The notes: generated by a model from the sequence alone, not told the origin. Positions 53,716 to 62,896 are shown, numbered from the stretch's first letter. The stretch: 64,000 bases of DNA from an uncultured Kiritimatiellota bacterium (GCA_944391085.1 CALXSE010000008.1:2437-66436); one strand, 5' to 3'. Made by a program: numbers and translations.

Positions 53716-55890
53716 TCACTGGGCGAGCTGGGCGCGGAGGCGCTGGGCAAGCGTGGTCTGCCGGCGCAGGTCCGCCTCGGCATGAAGGGCGATCCAAACG
53801 GCCTTGGAGGAGCCGATGACGACGACCAGGCGCTTGCCGCGGGTGATGGCGGTGTAGAGCAGGTTCTTGCGCAGCAACTTGAAGTGCTGGGTGTGCAGGA
53901 GGATGACGACGGCGGGGTATTCGCTGCCCTGGGATTTGTGGATGCTGCTGGCGTAGGCGAGGGAGAGCTCGTCGAGCTCGTCCTGCTTGTATTCCACGAG
54001 CTTGCCGTCGAAATCGACGAGAAGGGTGCGGCCCTCCGGGTCGACGGAGACGACAAAGCCGATGTCGCCGTTGTAGACGTCCTTGTCGTAGTCGTTGGCC
54101 ACCTGCATGACGCGGTCACGGGCGCGGAAGGCGGTGGCGCCGCGCAGAAGGGCGGGGCCCGAGGGGTTGAGGGTGCGCTGGAGCAGCTCGTTGAGGCGGT
54201 CGGTGCCCAGCTCGCCGCGCCGCATCGGGGTAAGGATCTGGACGTCATGCGCAGGGTCGAGGCCGAAGCGGGCGGGGATGCGGCGGGTGACCATGCGCAG
54301 GAGCATGTCCTGCATCTTGGCCGGGTCCGTCGCCTCCATGAAATAGAAGTCGCTGTCCTGGCCGACGGGCGGCAGCTCGAAGGTCTCGCCCTGGTTCACG
54401 CGGTGGGCGTTGCGAACGATGTAGCCGGAGGCGTCCTGGCGGAAGATGGTGGTCAGGCGGGCGCAGGGGATGACGCCCGAGCCGATGAGGTCGCCCAAGA
54501 CGTTGCCGGCGCCGACGCTGGGGAGCTGGTCGGCGTCGCCCACGAGGATGAGGACGGCGCTGTCCGGCAGGGCCTCGAGGAACTTCCGGGTGAGCGAGGC
54601 GTCGAGCATCGAGCATTCGTCGAGGATGAAGACGTCGCCCTGGAGGCGGTTGTCGAGGCCGTAGAGGAAGCCGCCCGTCTGGGGCTGGTATTTCAGCAGG
54701 CGGTGGAGGGTGGCGGCCTTGAAGCCCGTGGATTCGTTCATGCGCTTGGCGGCGCGGCCGGTGGGGGCGGCGAGGAAGAGGCGCAGGCAGCGGGCCGAGA
54801 AGATCTCGCAAAGGGCCCTGATGATGGTGGTCTTGCCCACGCCCGGGCCGCCGGTGACGACGCAGACCTTCTCGCTGACGGCCAGGTGAAGGGCTTTCCA
54901 CTGCGCCGAGGCCAGGGTCAGGCCCATCTTGCGCTCGGCCCACTCCACGGCATTGTTCGCAAGGATGGGGCGGAAGGCCGGCTCGGTGCGCATGAGGGCG
55001 GCGAGGCGCGCGGCCACGGAGACCTCGTCGGCGTAGTTCCCCGCCAGATAAACGCGGTCGTCCTCGATGACGACGACCTGTCGCCGGGCGTCCGCGAGGA
55101 GGGCCTCGGAAAGGCGCTCGACGGGGATGCCGAGGGCGTCGTTGGCCAGGAGCAGGAGCTCGGACTGGCGCAGATAGACGTGCCCGCCGTCCTCGGCCGC
55201 GGTGCGCAGGCAATGGAGGAGCCCGGCCTCGGCGCGGAGCTCGGCGTCCTTGGCGATGCCCATGCTCAGGGCGATGCGGTCGGCGGTGAGGAAGCCGATG
55301 CCGCGCACGTCCTCGGCCAGGCGGTAAGGGTTGCGCTTGACGATGGCGATGGCGTCCGGGCCGTAGCGCCGCCAGATACGCGCGGCCTGGCCCGTGCCGA
55401 TGCCCTGCGACTGGAGGTAAATCATCGTATCGTGGCTCTGGCGCTGCTCGCTCCAGGACTTGCGGATCTGCGAGCACTTCTTCGCGCCGAGCTTCGGCAC
55501 CTCGCGCAGGCGGTCCGGGCGCGTGTCGAGGATGGCCACCGTGTCGCTGCCGAACCGGTTGACGATGGCCTCCGCGAGCTTCGGGCCGATGCCGCGGATA
55601 AGCCCGCTGGCGAGGAAACGCTTGATGCCCTCCACCGAGGTCGGCGCCACGCAGGTGAGCGTCTCGGCGCGGAACTGCCGCCCAAAGCGCGGGTCCTCGG
55701 CCCAACGGCCCCGCGCGGTGATCTCCTCGCCCGGCCAGACGGTGGCGCACCTGCCCACCACCGTCAGGCGCCGCGCGTCCCCCACCTGCTCGGCCACCGG
55801 GCGCACGCTGAGCACGGTGTAGCCGGTCTCCTCGTTGCGGAAGACCACGCTCTCGACCGTCCCCGAGACCGTCTCCGCCGCGTCAGCCAT
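53716..55890 (-). CDS. recD2: RecD2-type SF1B ATP-dependent DNA helicase
   Basis: N-terminal OB/HhH region, Walker A GGPGVGKTT, ILDECSM, VGDADQLPSVGAG, IHKSQGSEY, YTAITRGK. Confidence 0.87.
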   Translation of the reverse strand: MADAAETVSGTVESVVFRNEETGYTVLSVRPVAEQVGDARRLTVVGRCATVWPGEEITARGRWAEDPRFGRQFRAETLTCVAPTSVEGIKRFLASGLIRGIGPKLAEAIVNRFGSDTVAILDTRPDRLREVPKLGAKKCSQIRKSWSEQRQSHDTMIYLQSQGIGTGQAARIWRRYGPDAIAIVKRNPYRLAEDVRGIGFLTADRIALSMGIAKDAELRAEAGLLHCLRTAAEDGGHVYLRQSELLLLANDALGIPVERLSEALLADARRQVVVIEDDRVYLAGNYADEVSVAARLAALMRTEPAFRPILANNAVEWAERKMGLTLASAQWKALHLAVSEKVCVVTGGPGVGKTTIIRALCEIFSARCLRLFLAAPTGRAAKRMNESTGFKAATLHRLLKYQPQTGGFLYGLDNRLQGDVFILDECSMLDASLTRKFLEALPDSAVLILVGDADQLPSVGAGNVLGDLIGSGVIPCARLTTIFRQDASGYIVRNAHRVNQGETFELPPVGQDSDFYFMEATDPAKMQDMLLRMVTRRIPARFGLDPAHDVQILTPMRRGELGTDRLNELLQRTLNPSGPALLRGATAFRARDRVMQVANDYDKDVYNGDIGFVVSVDPEGRTLLVDFDGKLVEYKQDELDELSLAYASSIHKSQGSEYPAVVILLHTQHFKLLRKNLLYTAITRGKRLVVVIGSSKAVWIALHAEADLRRQTTLAQRLRAQLAQ

Positions 55891-57013
55891 GGGCGACCAG
55901 CTCCAGGAGCGCCTCGAAGGCCGGCCCGGGAAGGTCGGCGGAGAGCGAGAACCTGAGGCGCGCGGTGCCCTCCGGCACGGTGGGTGGGCGGATGGGGAGC
56001 ACATGGAAGCCCGCCGCGCGGAAGGCCTCGGCGGCCCGCGCGGCGGCGTCGTTGGAGCCGACGAGGTAGGGGACGATCTGCGAGTCGCTCACGCAGTCGC
56101 GCCCGGTGGCGCGGATGGCCTGGGCCAGGCGGCGGCCCATGGCGCGGAGGCGCGCGCGGCGGCCGGCCATCGCGGGGAGGGCGCGAAGCACGAAGCGCGT
56201 CCAGGCGAGGTTGATGGGGGGCAGGGCGGTGGTGAAGATGAAGGGGCGCATCCGGTTGACGAGCGCCTCGCGGACGCTTTGGCGGCAGACGACGTAGGCG
56301 CCGAGCGAGCAGAGTGCCTTGCCGCAGGTGCCGACGAGGAGGTCGATGTCCCCCACGACGCCCTCCTCATGGGCGCAGCCAAGGCCCGTCTCGCCGAAGA
56401 CGCCCACGCCGTGGGCCTCGTCGAGGTAGAGGAGGAGGTTGGGGAAGTCGCGCTTCAGCGCCACGAGCGCCCGCAGGTCGGTGCGGTCGCCATCCATCGA
56501 GAAGACGCTCTCGGTCATGAGGAAGACGTCGTCGAAGTCCGCCGCGTGGCGCTCCAGCAGGCGGCGGGCGTGGGCAAGGTCGTTGTGGCGGTAGCGGAAG
56601 AACCTGCAGCCGCTGGCGCGGATGCCGTCGATCATGCTCGCATGGCTGAGTTTGTCCGCCAGGACGAGGGTGCGGGGGCCGGCGAGGGCGGGGAGGATGC
56701 CGGTGTTGGCGTGGTAGCCGGAGTCGAGGACTAGGGCGGCCTCGGCGCCGTAGGCGGCGGCCAGGTCGGCCTCGAGGGCGCGCGCGGCGGCGGTGTCCCC
56801 CGTGAGGAGGCGGGAGCTGGCGGCGCTCAGCCGGCGGTCCTCGCCGGCAAGCCGGGAGAGGAAGGCCTCGCGCAGCGCCTCGTCATGCAGAAGGCCGAGA
56901 TAGTCGTTGCTGGAAAGGTTGTGAAGGCCCTGGGGGACGTCGGGCAGGGTGCGGTACGCGCCCCGCGCCCTCAGCGCCGCGAGTTCCGAGGCAAGTCGTG
57001 CGTAAAACTCCAT
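55883..57013 (-). CDS. bioF: 8-amino-7-oxononanoate synthase (alpha-oxoamine synthase family)
   Basis: NLSSNDYLGL, LDEAHG, GTCGKAL (PLP Lys). The family call is secure; BioF versus Kbl is less so. Confidence 0.72.
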   Translation of the reverse strand: MEFYARLASELAALRARGAYRTLPDVPQGLHNLSSNDYLGLLHDEALREAFLSRLAGEDRRLSAASSRLLTGDTAAARALEADLAAAYGAEAALVLDSGYHANTGILPALAGPRTLVLADKLSHASMIDGIRASGCRFFRYRHNDLAHARRLLERHAADFDDVFLMTESVFSMDGDRTDLRALVALKRDFPNLLLYLDEAHGVGVFGETGLGCAHEEGVVGDIDLLVGTCGKALCSLGAYVVCRQSVREALVNRMRPFIFTTALPPINLAWTRFVLRALPAMAGRRARLRAMGRRLAQAIRATGRDCVSDSQIVPYLVGSNDAAARAAEAFRAAGFHVLPIRPPTVPEGTARLRFSLSADLPGPAFEALLELVAHG

Positions 57014-57020
57014 GCGGCGT

Positions 57021-57029
57021 ATTTTACCA
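57021..57029 (-). promoter_or_regulatory. extended -10 promoter (TGGTAAAAT), 7 nt before bioF ATG 57013
   Basis: Minus strand reads TGGTAAAAT, acgccgc, ATG. Confidence 0.55.
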
Positions 57030-57112
57030 CATCGCGTCCTGGGCGGCGCGGAGGCGAAAAGGCCCCGGGCGGGCGCCCGGGGCCTTGCGCGCGCCATGCG
57101 GCGCGGGGGGCC

Positions 57113-58111
57113 TTACTTGGAGGCTTCCTCGACGGCGACGGCGACGGCGACGGTGGCGCCGACCATGGGGTTGTTGCCCATGCCGATGAGGCCCATCATC
57201 TCGACGTGCGCGGGCACGGAGGAGGAGCCGGCAAACTGCGCGTCGGAGTGCATGCGGCCCATGGTGTCGGTCATGCCGTAGGAGGCGGGGCCGGCGGCCA
57301 TGTTGTCGGGGTGGAGGGTGCGGCCGGTGCCGCCGCCGGAGGCGACGGAGAAGTACTTCTTGCCGGCGAGGACGCATTCCTTCTTGTAGGTGCCCGCGAC
57401 GGGGTGCTGGAAGCGGGTGGGGTTGGTGGAGTTGCCCGTGATGGAGACGTCCACGCCCTCCTGCCACATGATGGCGACGCCTTCGCGGACGTCGTCGGCG
57501 CCGTAGCAGCGGACCTTGGCGCGGGGGCCGTCGGAGAAGGCGATCTCGTTGGTGATGGCCAGCTTGCCGGTGAAGTAGTCGAACTCGGTCTCCACGAAGG
57601 TGAAGCCGTTGATGCGGCTGATGATGTAGGCCGCGTCCTTGCCCAGGCCGTTGAGGCAGACGCGCAGGGGCTCCTTGCGGACCTTGTTGGCCTTCATGGC
57701 GATGCCGATGGCGCCCTCGGCGGCGGCGAAGGATTCGTGCCCGGCCAGGAAGCAGAAGCACTTGGTCTCCTCGCGCAGGAGCATGGCGCCCAGGTTGCCG
57801 TGGCCCAGGCCGACCTTGCGGTCGTCGGCGACGGAGCCGGGGATGCAGAAGGCCTGGAGGCCCTCGCCGATGGCCTCGGCGGCATCGGCGGCCTTGGTGC
57901 AGCCCTTCTTCAGCGCGATGGCCGCGCCGACGGTGTAGGCCCACTTGGCGTTCTCGAAGCAGATCTTCTGGATGTTCTCGGTGATCTCGTAGGGGTCGAA
58001 GCCCTTGGCCTTGCAGATCTCGCGGCATTCCTCGATGGACTTGATGCCGTACTTGTCGAGGACGGGCTGGATCTGGCCGATGCGGCGTTCGTAGGATTCA
58101 AAGAGTGCCAT
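57113..58111 (-). CDS. GGGtGRT-motif protein (conserved family of unknown function)
   Basis: 332 aa containing SGGGTGRTLHP. C-terminal G/M-rich tail MMGLIGMGNNPMVG. I recall a family named for this motif, but I cannot verify it here. Confidence 0.7.
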   Translation of the reverse strand: MALFESYERRIGQIQPVLDKYGIKSIEECREICKAKGFDPYEITENIQKICFENAKWAYTVGAAIALKKGCTKAADAAEAIGEGLQAFCIPGSVADDRKVGLGHGNLGAMLLREETKCFCFLAGHESFAAAEGAIGIAMKANKVRKEPLRVCLNGLGKDAAYIISRINGFTFVETEFDYFTGKLAITNEIAFSDGPRAKVRCYGADDVREGVAIMWQEGVDVSITGNSTNPTRFQHPVAGTYKKECVLAGKKYFSVASGGGTGRTLHPDNMAAGPASYGMTDTMGRMHSDAQFAGSSSVPAHVEMMGLIGMGNNPMVGATVAVAVAVEEASK

Positions 58112-58123
58112 GGTGCTTCCTCC

Positions 58124-58837
58124 TTACTCGTGGCGGGGGTCGATGGACTTGACGGCGCCCTGCTCCTCGGTCACGCGGCCGTAGGTGCCGGTGCAGGCCT
58201 TGAGCGCCTCGTTGGCGTCCTGGCCCTTCTTGACGGCCTCCATGAACTTGCCCAGGTGGACGAACTCGTAGCCGCAGACCTCGCTGTTCTTGTCCAGGAA
58301 GATGCGCTTGACGTAGCCCTCGGCCATCTCCAGGTAGCGCACGCCCTTCTGCTTGGTGGAGAACATGGTGCCGACCTGCGAGCGCAGGCCCTTGCCCAGG
58401 TCTTCCAGGCCGGCGCCGATGGGCAGGCCGCCCTCGGAGAAGGCGCTCTGGGTGCGCCCGTAGACGATCTGGAGGTAGAGCTCGCGCATGGCGGTGTTGA
58501 TGGCGTCGCACACAAGGTCGGTGTTCAGCGCCTCCTGGATGGTCTTGCCGGGGAGGATCTCGGCGGCCATGGCGGCGGAGTGGGTCATGCCGGAGCAACC
58601 GATGGTCTCGACGAGGGCCTCCTGGATGACGCCTTCCTTGACGTTCAGCGTCAGCTTGCAGGTGCCCTGCTGCGGCGCGCACCAGCCCACGCCGTGCGTC
58701 AGGCCGGAAATGTCCTTCGTCTCATAGGCCTTCACCCACTTCCCCTCCTCGGGGATCGGGGCGGGCGCGTGCTTGGCGCCCTTGGCGACCGGGATCATGT
58801 GCTCGACTTCGCTCGAGCAGGCGTAGGGACAACTCAT
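58124..58837 (-). CDS. NifU/IscU-N-terminal-like Fe-S scaffold-like protein (extended, 237 aa)
   Basis: GTCKLTLNVKEGVIQEALVETIGCSGMTHSAAMAAEILPGKTIQEAL parallels the IscU core (CGD..L.L.V..G.I.DA.F.TFGCGSAIASSS...GKT..EA). Strong SD AAAGGAGG. Confidence 0.6.
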   Translation of the reverse strand: MSCPYACSSEVEHMIPVAKGAKHAPAPIPEEGKWVKAYETKDISGLTHGVGWCAPQQGTCKLTLNVKEGVIQEALVETIGCSGMTHSAAMAAEILPGKTIQEALNTDLVCDAINTAMRELYLQIVYGRTQSAFSEGGLPIGAGLEDLGKGLRSQVGTMFSTKQKGVRYLEMAEGYVKRIFLDKNSEVCGYEFVHLGKFMEAVKKGQDANEALKACTGTYGRVTEEQGAVKSIDPRHE

Positions 58838-58869
58838 GGTTCCTCCTTTGATTGGAAATGTCGCTTCCC

Positions 58870-58875
58870 ATTATA
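58870..58875 (-). promoter_or_regulatory. -10 box TATAAT for the NifU-like/GGGtGRT bicistron
   Basis: Minus strand reads TATAAT, with a 32-nt leader carrying the SD. Confidence 0.45.
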
Positions 58876-58939
58876 CCGCGCCGCGCCCCCGCCCCGCAAG
58901 CAAAATCGCGCCGGGCGGCTTTGCCCGCGGCAGGGGATT

Positions 58940-58948
58940 TGGTATGAT
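58940..58948 (+). promoter_or_regulatory. extended -10 promoter (TGGTATGAT) for the surA-like operon
   Basis: GGATTTGGTATGATG is identical to the 15-mer at 45744-45758. An 18-nt leader carries SD AAAGGA. Confidence 0.55.
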
Positions 58949-58966
58949 GGGGGAAAAGGACGGATT

Positions 58967-59920
58967 ATGAAAAAGAGACGTTGCCTGACGTTGCTGTCTT
59001 TGGCCCTGTGCGCCGCCTGCCTCCGCGCCGAGGCGACCTTCTACGACGGCGTCGCCGCCTACGTGAACGACAAGGTGGTCACCGTCGACACGGTGATGCG
59101 CGAGCTCCACGCAAGTTTCGACCTCTCGCAAGTCCCGCCCGCGCAGCTGGCCGCGCGCATCCACGAGCTCTTCCCGGTGGTGCGCGACATGCTCGTGGAC
59201 CGGATGCTGATCCTGGAGGCCTACGAGGCCTCCGGCGCGCAGCTGCCCAACGAGTTCGTGAACGACCGCGTGCAGGAAATCCTGGCCGGCCAGTTCGACG
59301 GCGACGAGGCGAAGCTGAAGGAGGCCCTCCGCAAAAGCCGCCTGACGCACGACGAGTGGGTGAAGCAGGTGCGCGAGAACCTCATCGTCACGGCGATGCG
59401 GCAGCTGCAGGTCGACCGCAAGATCGTGGTCTCGCCCAAGCGGGTACGCGATTACTACGCCGCGCACAAGGCGGATTTCGCCGAGGACGCGGGGGTGCGC
59501 GTGCGCACCGTCACCATCGACCCAGCCGGCGGCGAGGAGGCCGCCCAAAAGGCCCTCGCCGAGCTCGAGGCGGGCAAGCCCTTCGAGGAGGTGGCCAAGG
59601 CCTACTCCAAAGACCCGCTGGCCGCGAACGGCGGCGACTGGGGCTTCGTCGACCCCAAGGAAAACTTCGCGGCACCCGCCGTCGCGGCGCTCGAGGCGCT
59701 GAAGCCGGGCGAGCATTCCGGCATCCTCACGGTGGACGGCTGGCGCCTCATCGTGCAGAAGGTGGAGGTCAGGACCGGGAAAACGCCCGAGCTGGAGGCC
59801 ATCTGGCCGCAGGTGGAGGCCGCCACGCGCAACGCGCTGGCCCAGGCCCGTTACGAGGCGTGGATCGAGGGGTTGCGCGAAAAGGCCTACATCAAGAACC
59901 TGGACGTGGACCTGAAGTGA
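58967..59920 (+). CDS. SurA/PrsA-like periplasmic chaperone with parvulin-type PPIase domain
   Basis: Signal MKKRRCLTLLSLALCAACLRA. SurA_N-like helical region, then a parvulin region (VRTVTI...FEEVAKAYSKD..AANGGDWGFV). Confidence 0.72.
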   Translation: MKKRRCLTLLSLALCAACLRAEATFYDGVAAYVNDKVVTVDTVMRELHASFDLSQVPPAQLAARIHELFPVVRDMLVDRMLILEAYEASGAQLPNEFVNDRVQEILAGQFDGDEAKLKEALRKSRLTHDEWVKQVRENLIVTAMRQLQVDRKIVVSPKRVRDYYAAHKADFAEDAGVRVRTVTIDPAGGEEAAQKALAELEAGKPFEEVAKAYSKDPLAANGGDWGFVDPKENFAAPAVAALEALKPGEHSGILTVDGWRLIVQKVEVRTGKTPELEAIWPQVEAATRNALAQARYEAWIEGLREKAYIKNLDVDLK

Positions 59921-60762
59921 ACCGGACCTCCCCCAGCGACGTGCGGGCCTGGTGCCTGGCCCGCGGCTTCCATCCCAACAAGACGCTGGGGCAGAACTTC
60001 CTCATCGACCGCAACATCCTCGAGGCCATCCTGGGCGAGACCGGCGCGGGCGCGGGGAGCCGCGTGCTCGAGGTGGGCCCCGGCCTGGGCGTGCTCACCG
60101 AGGGCCTCCTGCTCCGCGGGGCGCGCGTGACCGCGCTGGAGAAAGACCCCGCCCTGGCCGCGTGGCTCCGCGAGAGCCTTTGCAAGGCGTTCCCCGGGGC
60201 GCTGGCGCTGCTGGAGGGCGACGCGCTGGAGGCGGATTGGGGCGCGCTCCTGGCGCAGGGCTTCGACGCCTTCGCCTCGAACCTCCCCTACTCCGTGGGC
60301 ACGCGCATCCTGATGGAGCTGCTGGGGCACGCCGACGCGCCCGCGCGCCTGGTCATGCTGGTGCAGCGCGAGGTGGCCGACCGCCTGGCCGCGCCGCCCG
60401 GATCGCCCGCGCGCGGGACGGCCTCGGTGTGGGCGCAGCTCGACTACGACGTGCGGGTGGCGCGGCTCGTCAAGCCCGCCTGCTTCTGGCCGCCGCCGGA
60501 GGTCACCAGCGCCGTCGTCACCATGACGCGCCACGGGCGCTCCACGCTCGGCCCCGCCGGCAAGGCCTTCCTGCGCGCCCTTGTCAAGCAGGCCTTCACC
60601 CAACGGCGCAAGCAGCTCGGCACCGTGCTCCGCAAATCCCCGGAGCCCTTCCGCGCGCTTGACCCCGCCGCCGCGGGCATCGACCCCACGCGGCGCGCCG
60701 AGACCCTCGCCCTCGCCGAATGGGAGGCCCTCGCCGCCCAACGAAAGGAGCCCGCCCCATGA
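59917..60762 (+). CDS. rsmA: 16S rRNA (adenine1518/1519-N6)-dimethyltransferase
   Basis: GTG in a GTGA overlap. KTLGQNFLID, VLEVGPGLGVLT, SNLPY. Confidence 0.9.
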   Translation: MNRTSPSDVRAWCLARGFHPNKTLGQNFLIDRNILEAILGETGAGAGSRVLEVGPGLGVLTEGLLLRGARVTALEKDPALAAWLRESLCKAFPGALALLEGDALEADWGALLAQGFDAFASNLPYSVGTRILMELLGHADAPARLVMLVQREVADRLAAPPGSPARGTASVWAQLDYDVRVARLVKPACFWPPPEVTSAVVTMTRHGRSTLGPAGKAFLRALVKQAFTQRRKQLGTVLRKSPEPFRALDPAAAGIDPTRRAETLALAEWEALAAQRKEPAP

Positions 60763-61532
60763 TCCAGGACATCCCCGACCCCGTCGCCCTCTTCCCCGAG
60801 GCCTCCCCCGGGCCGGGCGACCACGTGCTTCTGGCGGACCGCGCCGGGGGCGTGGCCCTCGCGCCCTGGACGCCCGTCTCCACCGCCACGGTGCCGCTGG
60901 TGCGCGTGGGGGAGAAGACCTTCTTCCTCGGCGCGACGCCGGGCGTGGCGCCCGGCCCCTCGCAACGCCTGCGCGCCCTCCCGGATCCCGGGCTGCGCTT
61001 CGGCGCCTTCTGCGCCCTGCACCTGGCCAACTGGCTGCTCACCCACCGCCACTGCGGGCGCTGCGCCGCGCCGCTCGCCCGCGCCAAAGGCTGCCTGCGC
61101 TGCCCGGAATGCGGGCTGGAGGCCTATCCCGCCATCGCGCCCGCCGTCATCCTGGGGCTGACGCACCGCGGCCGCCTGCTCGTCACCCGCTATGCCGACC
61201 GCCCCTACAAGGGCCCCGCGCTCGTCGCCGGCTACTGCGAGGTGGGCGAGACCGCGGAGGAGACCTGCCGCCGCGAGGCCCTCGAGGAGACCGGGCTGAA
61301 GGTGGGCGCCCTGCGCTACTTCGCCTCGCAGCCCTGGGGCCTCAGCGGCACGCTCCTGCTCGGCTTCTTCGGCGAGGCGGAAGACCCCGGGGCGCTGGCG
61401 CTGGCCGACGGCGAGCTGGCCCGCGCCGAATGGCTCGCCCCCGACGAACTGCCGCCCCCGCCCGACGCCGCCGGGGCCCTCTCCCTCACCGCCGCCATGA
61501 TCGAAGCCTTCGCGAAAGGAACCGTGCGATGA
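60759..61532 (+). CDS. nudC: NAD+ diphosphatase (NudC-type Nudix hydrolase with zinc ribbon)
   Basis: HRHCGRCAAPL...CLRCPECG is the Zn ribbon. Nudix box GYCEVGETAEETCRREALEETG. QPWG motif. ATGA overlap. Confidence 0.8.
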   Translation: MIQDIPDPVALFPEASPGPGDHVLLADRAGGVALAPWTPVSTATVPLVRVGEKTFFLGATPGVAPGPSQRLRALPDPGLRFGAFCALHLANWLLTHRHCGRCAAPLARAKGCLRCPECGLEAYPAIAPAVILGLTHRGRLLVTRYADRPYKGPALVAGYCEVGETAEETCRREALEETGLKVGALRYFASQPWGLSGTLLLGFFGEAEDPGALALADGELARAEWLAPDELPPPPDAAGALSLTAAMIEAFAKGTVR

Positions 61533-62890
61533 AAGCCGAACTGCTCGCCCGCTGGGCCGGCGGCGACTGGTCCGCCCTCCCCACCTTCCCCCTCACCCGC
61601 GTGACGCAGGACAGCCGCGCCGCCTGCCTGGGCGCCCTCTACGTGGCGCTCAAGGGCCCCAACCACGACGGGCACGACTTCGTGTCCGCGGCCTTCAAGG
61701 CCGGCGCCACCGCCGCGATGGTGCGCGCCGACTGGGCGCCCCCCGCCGAGGTCGCCGCCCTGCCGCTCCTGCGCGTGGCCGACCCCGCCGCCGCGCTCCT
61801 GGCCCTGGCCAAGCACCGCCGCGCCGCCCTCAAGCCCTTCGTCTGCGGCGTCACCGGCAGCGCGGGCAAGACCACGCTCAAGGAGCTCGCCGCGGCCATG
61901 CTCTCGGGCGCGGGCCCCACCGCCGCCACGCCGGGCAACTACAACAACGAGGTGGGCCTGCCCCTCTCCGTCCTCGCCATCCCAGAGGACGCGCGCTTCG
62001 CCGTCATCGAGGCCGGCATCAGCCACCCCGGCGACATGGACCCGCTGGCCGACATCCTGCGCCCCAACGCCGCGGCCGTCTCCTCCATCGGCCCGGCGCA
62101 CATCGCGTCCTTCGGCACGGTCGAGGCCATCGCCGAGGAAAAGGCCAAGCTCCTGGCCGCCGTCCGCCCCAAGGGCTTCGCCGTCCTGCCCCTGGGCGTG
62201 CCCGGGGAGGCCGCCCTCCGCGCCGCGTGCCGCTGCCGCGTGGTGACGGCGTCGCTCTCCGACCCCGCGGCGGACTACGTGGGCGAGCCGCTGGCCAGGG
62301 GCGTCGTGCGCGTCCGCCACGGGGACGAGCCCGCGGTGCTGTTGGAGACGGGGCTCTGCGGCGAACACAACGCCTCGAACGTGCTCGTGGCCTATGCCCT
62401 GGCGCGCGAGGCCGGGGCCACCGCCGGGCAGGCCCTCGCCGGGCTGGCGACCTTCAAGGCCCCGCCCATGCGCTGGGAGGCGCTCGAGGCCGGGCCCGTG
62501 CGCGTCATCAACGACGCTTACAACGCCAACCCGCTCTCCATGCGCGCGGCGCTGGAGACCTTCGCGGGGACAGAGGCCCCGGGCGGCAAGGTCGTCTGCG
62601 TGGGCGACATGCTGGAGCTGGGAGACGCCTCGGACGCACAGCACCGCGCCGTCGGCGAGGCCTCCGGCAACGGCCCGTGGCGGCTCCTGGCGGGCGTGGG
62701 CCCCGCCGCGCGCGCCCTGCTCGAGGGCGCGGTCAAGGCCGGCTACCCGCCTTCGAAGACCGTTTGGTTCGCCACCGTGGGCGAGGCCGCCGAGGCCCTG
62801 CCCCTGCTCGTCCGCCCCGGCGAGACGCTCCTGCTCAAAGGGTCGCGCGGGATGCGGCTGGAGACGTTGATCGGGGCCCTGCGCCGCTGA
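61529..62890 (+). CDS. murF: UDP-N-acetylmuramoyl-tripeptide--D-alanyl-D-alanine ligase
   Basis: VTQDSR, GVTGSAGKTT, NYNNEVGLP, EAGISHPG, NDAYNANP, LKGSRGM. ATGA overlap. Confidence 0.92.
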   Translation: MKAELLARWAGGDWSALPTFPLTRVTQDSRAACLGALYVALKGPNHDGHDFVSAAFKAGATAAMVRADWAPPAEVAALPLLRVADPAAALLALAKHRRAALKPFVCGVTGSAGKTTLKELAAAMLSGAGPTAATPGNYNNEVGLPLSVLAIPEDARFAVIEAGISHPGDMDPLADILRPNAAAVSSIGPAHIASFGTVEAIAEEKAKLLAAVRPKGFAVLPLGVPGEAALRAACRCRVVTASLSDPAADYVGEPLARGVVRVRHGDEPAVLLETGLCGEHNASNVLVAYALAREAGATAGQALAGLATFKAPPMRWEALEAGPVRVINDAYNANPLSMRAALETFAGTEAPGGKVVCVGDMLELGDASDAQHRAVGEASGNGPWRLLAGVGPAARALLEGAVKAGYPPSKTVWFATVGEAAEALPLLVRPGETLLLKGSRGMRLETLIGALRR

Positions 62891-62896
62891 CCCGCC

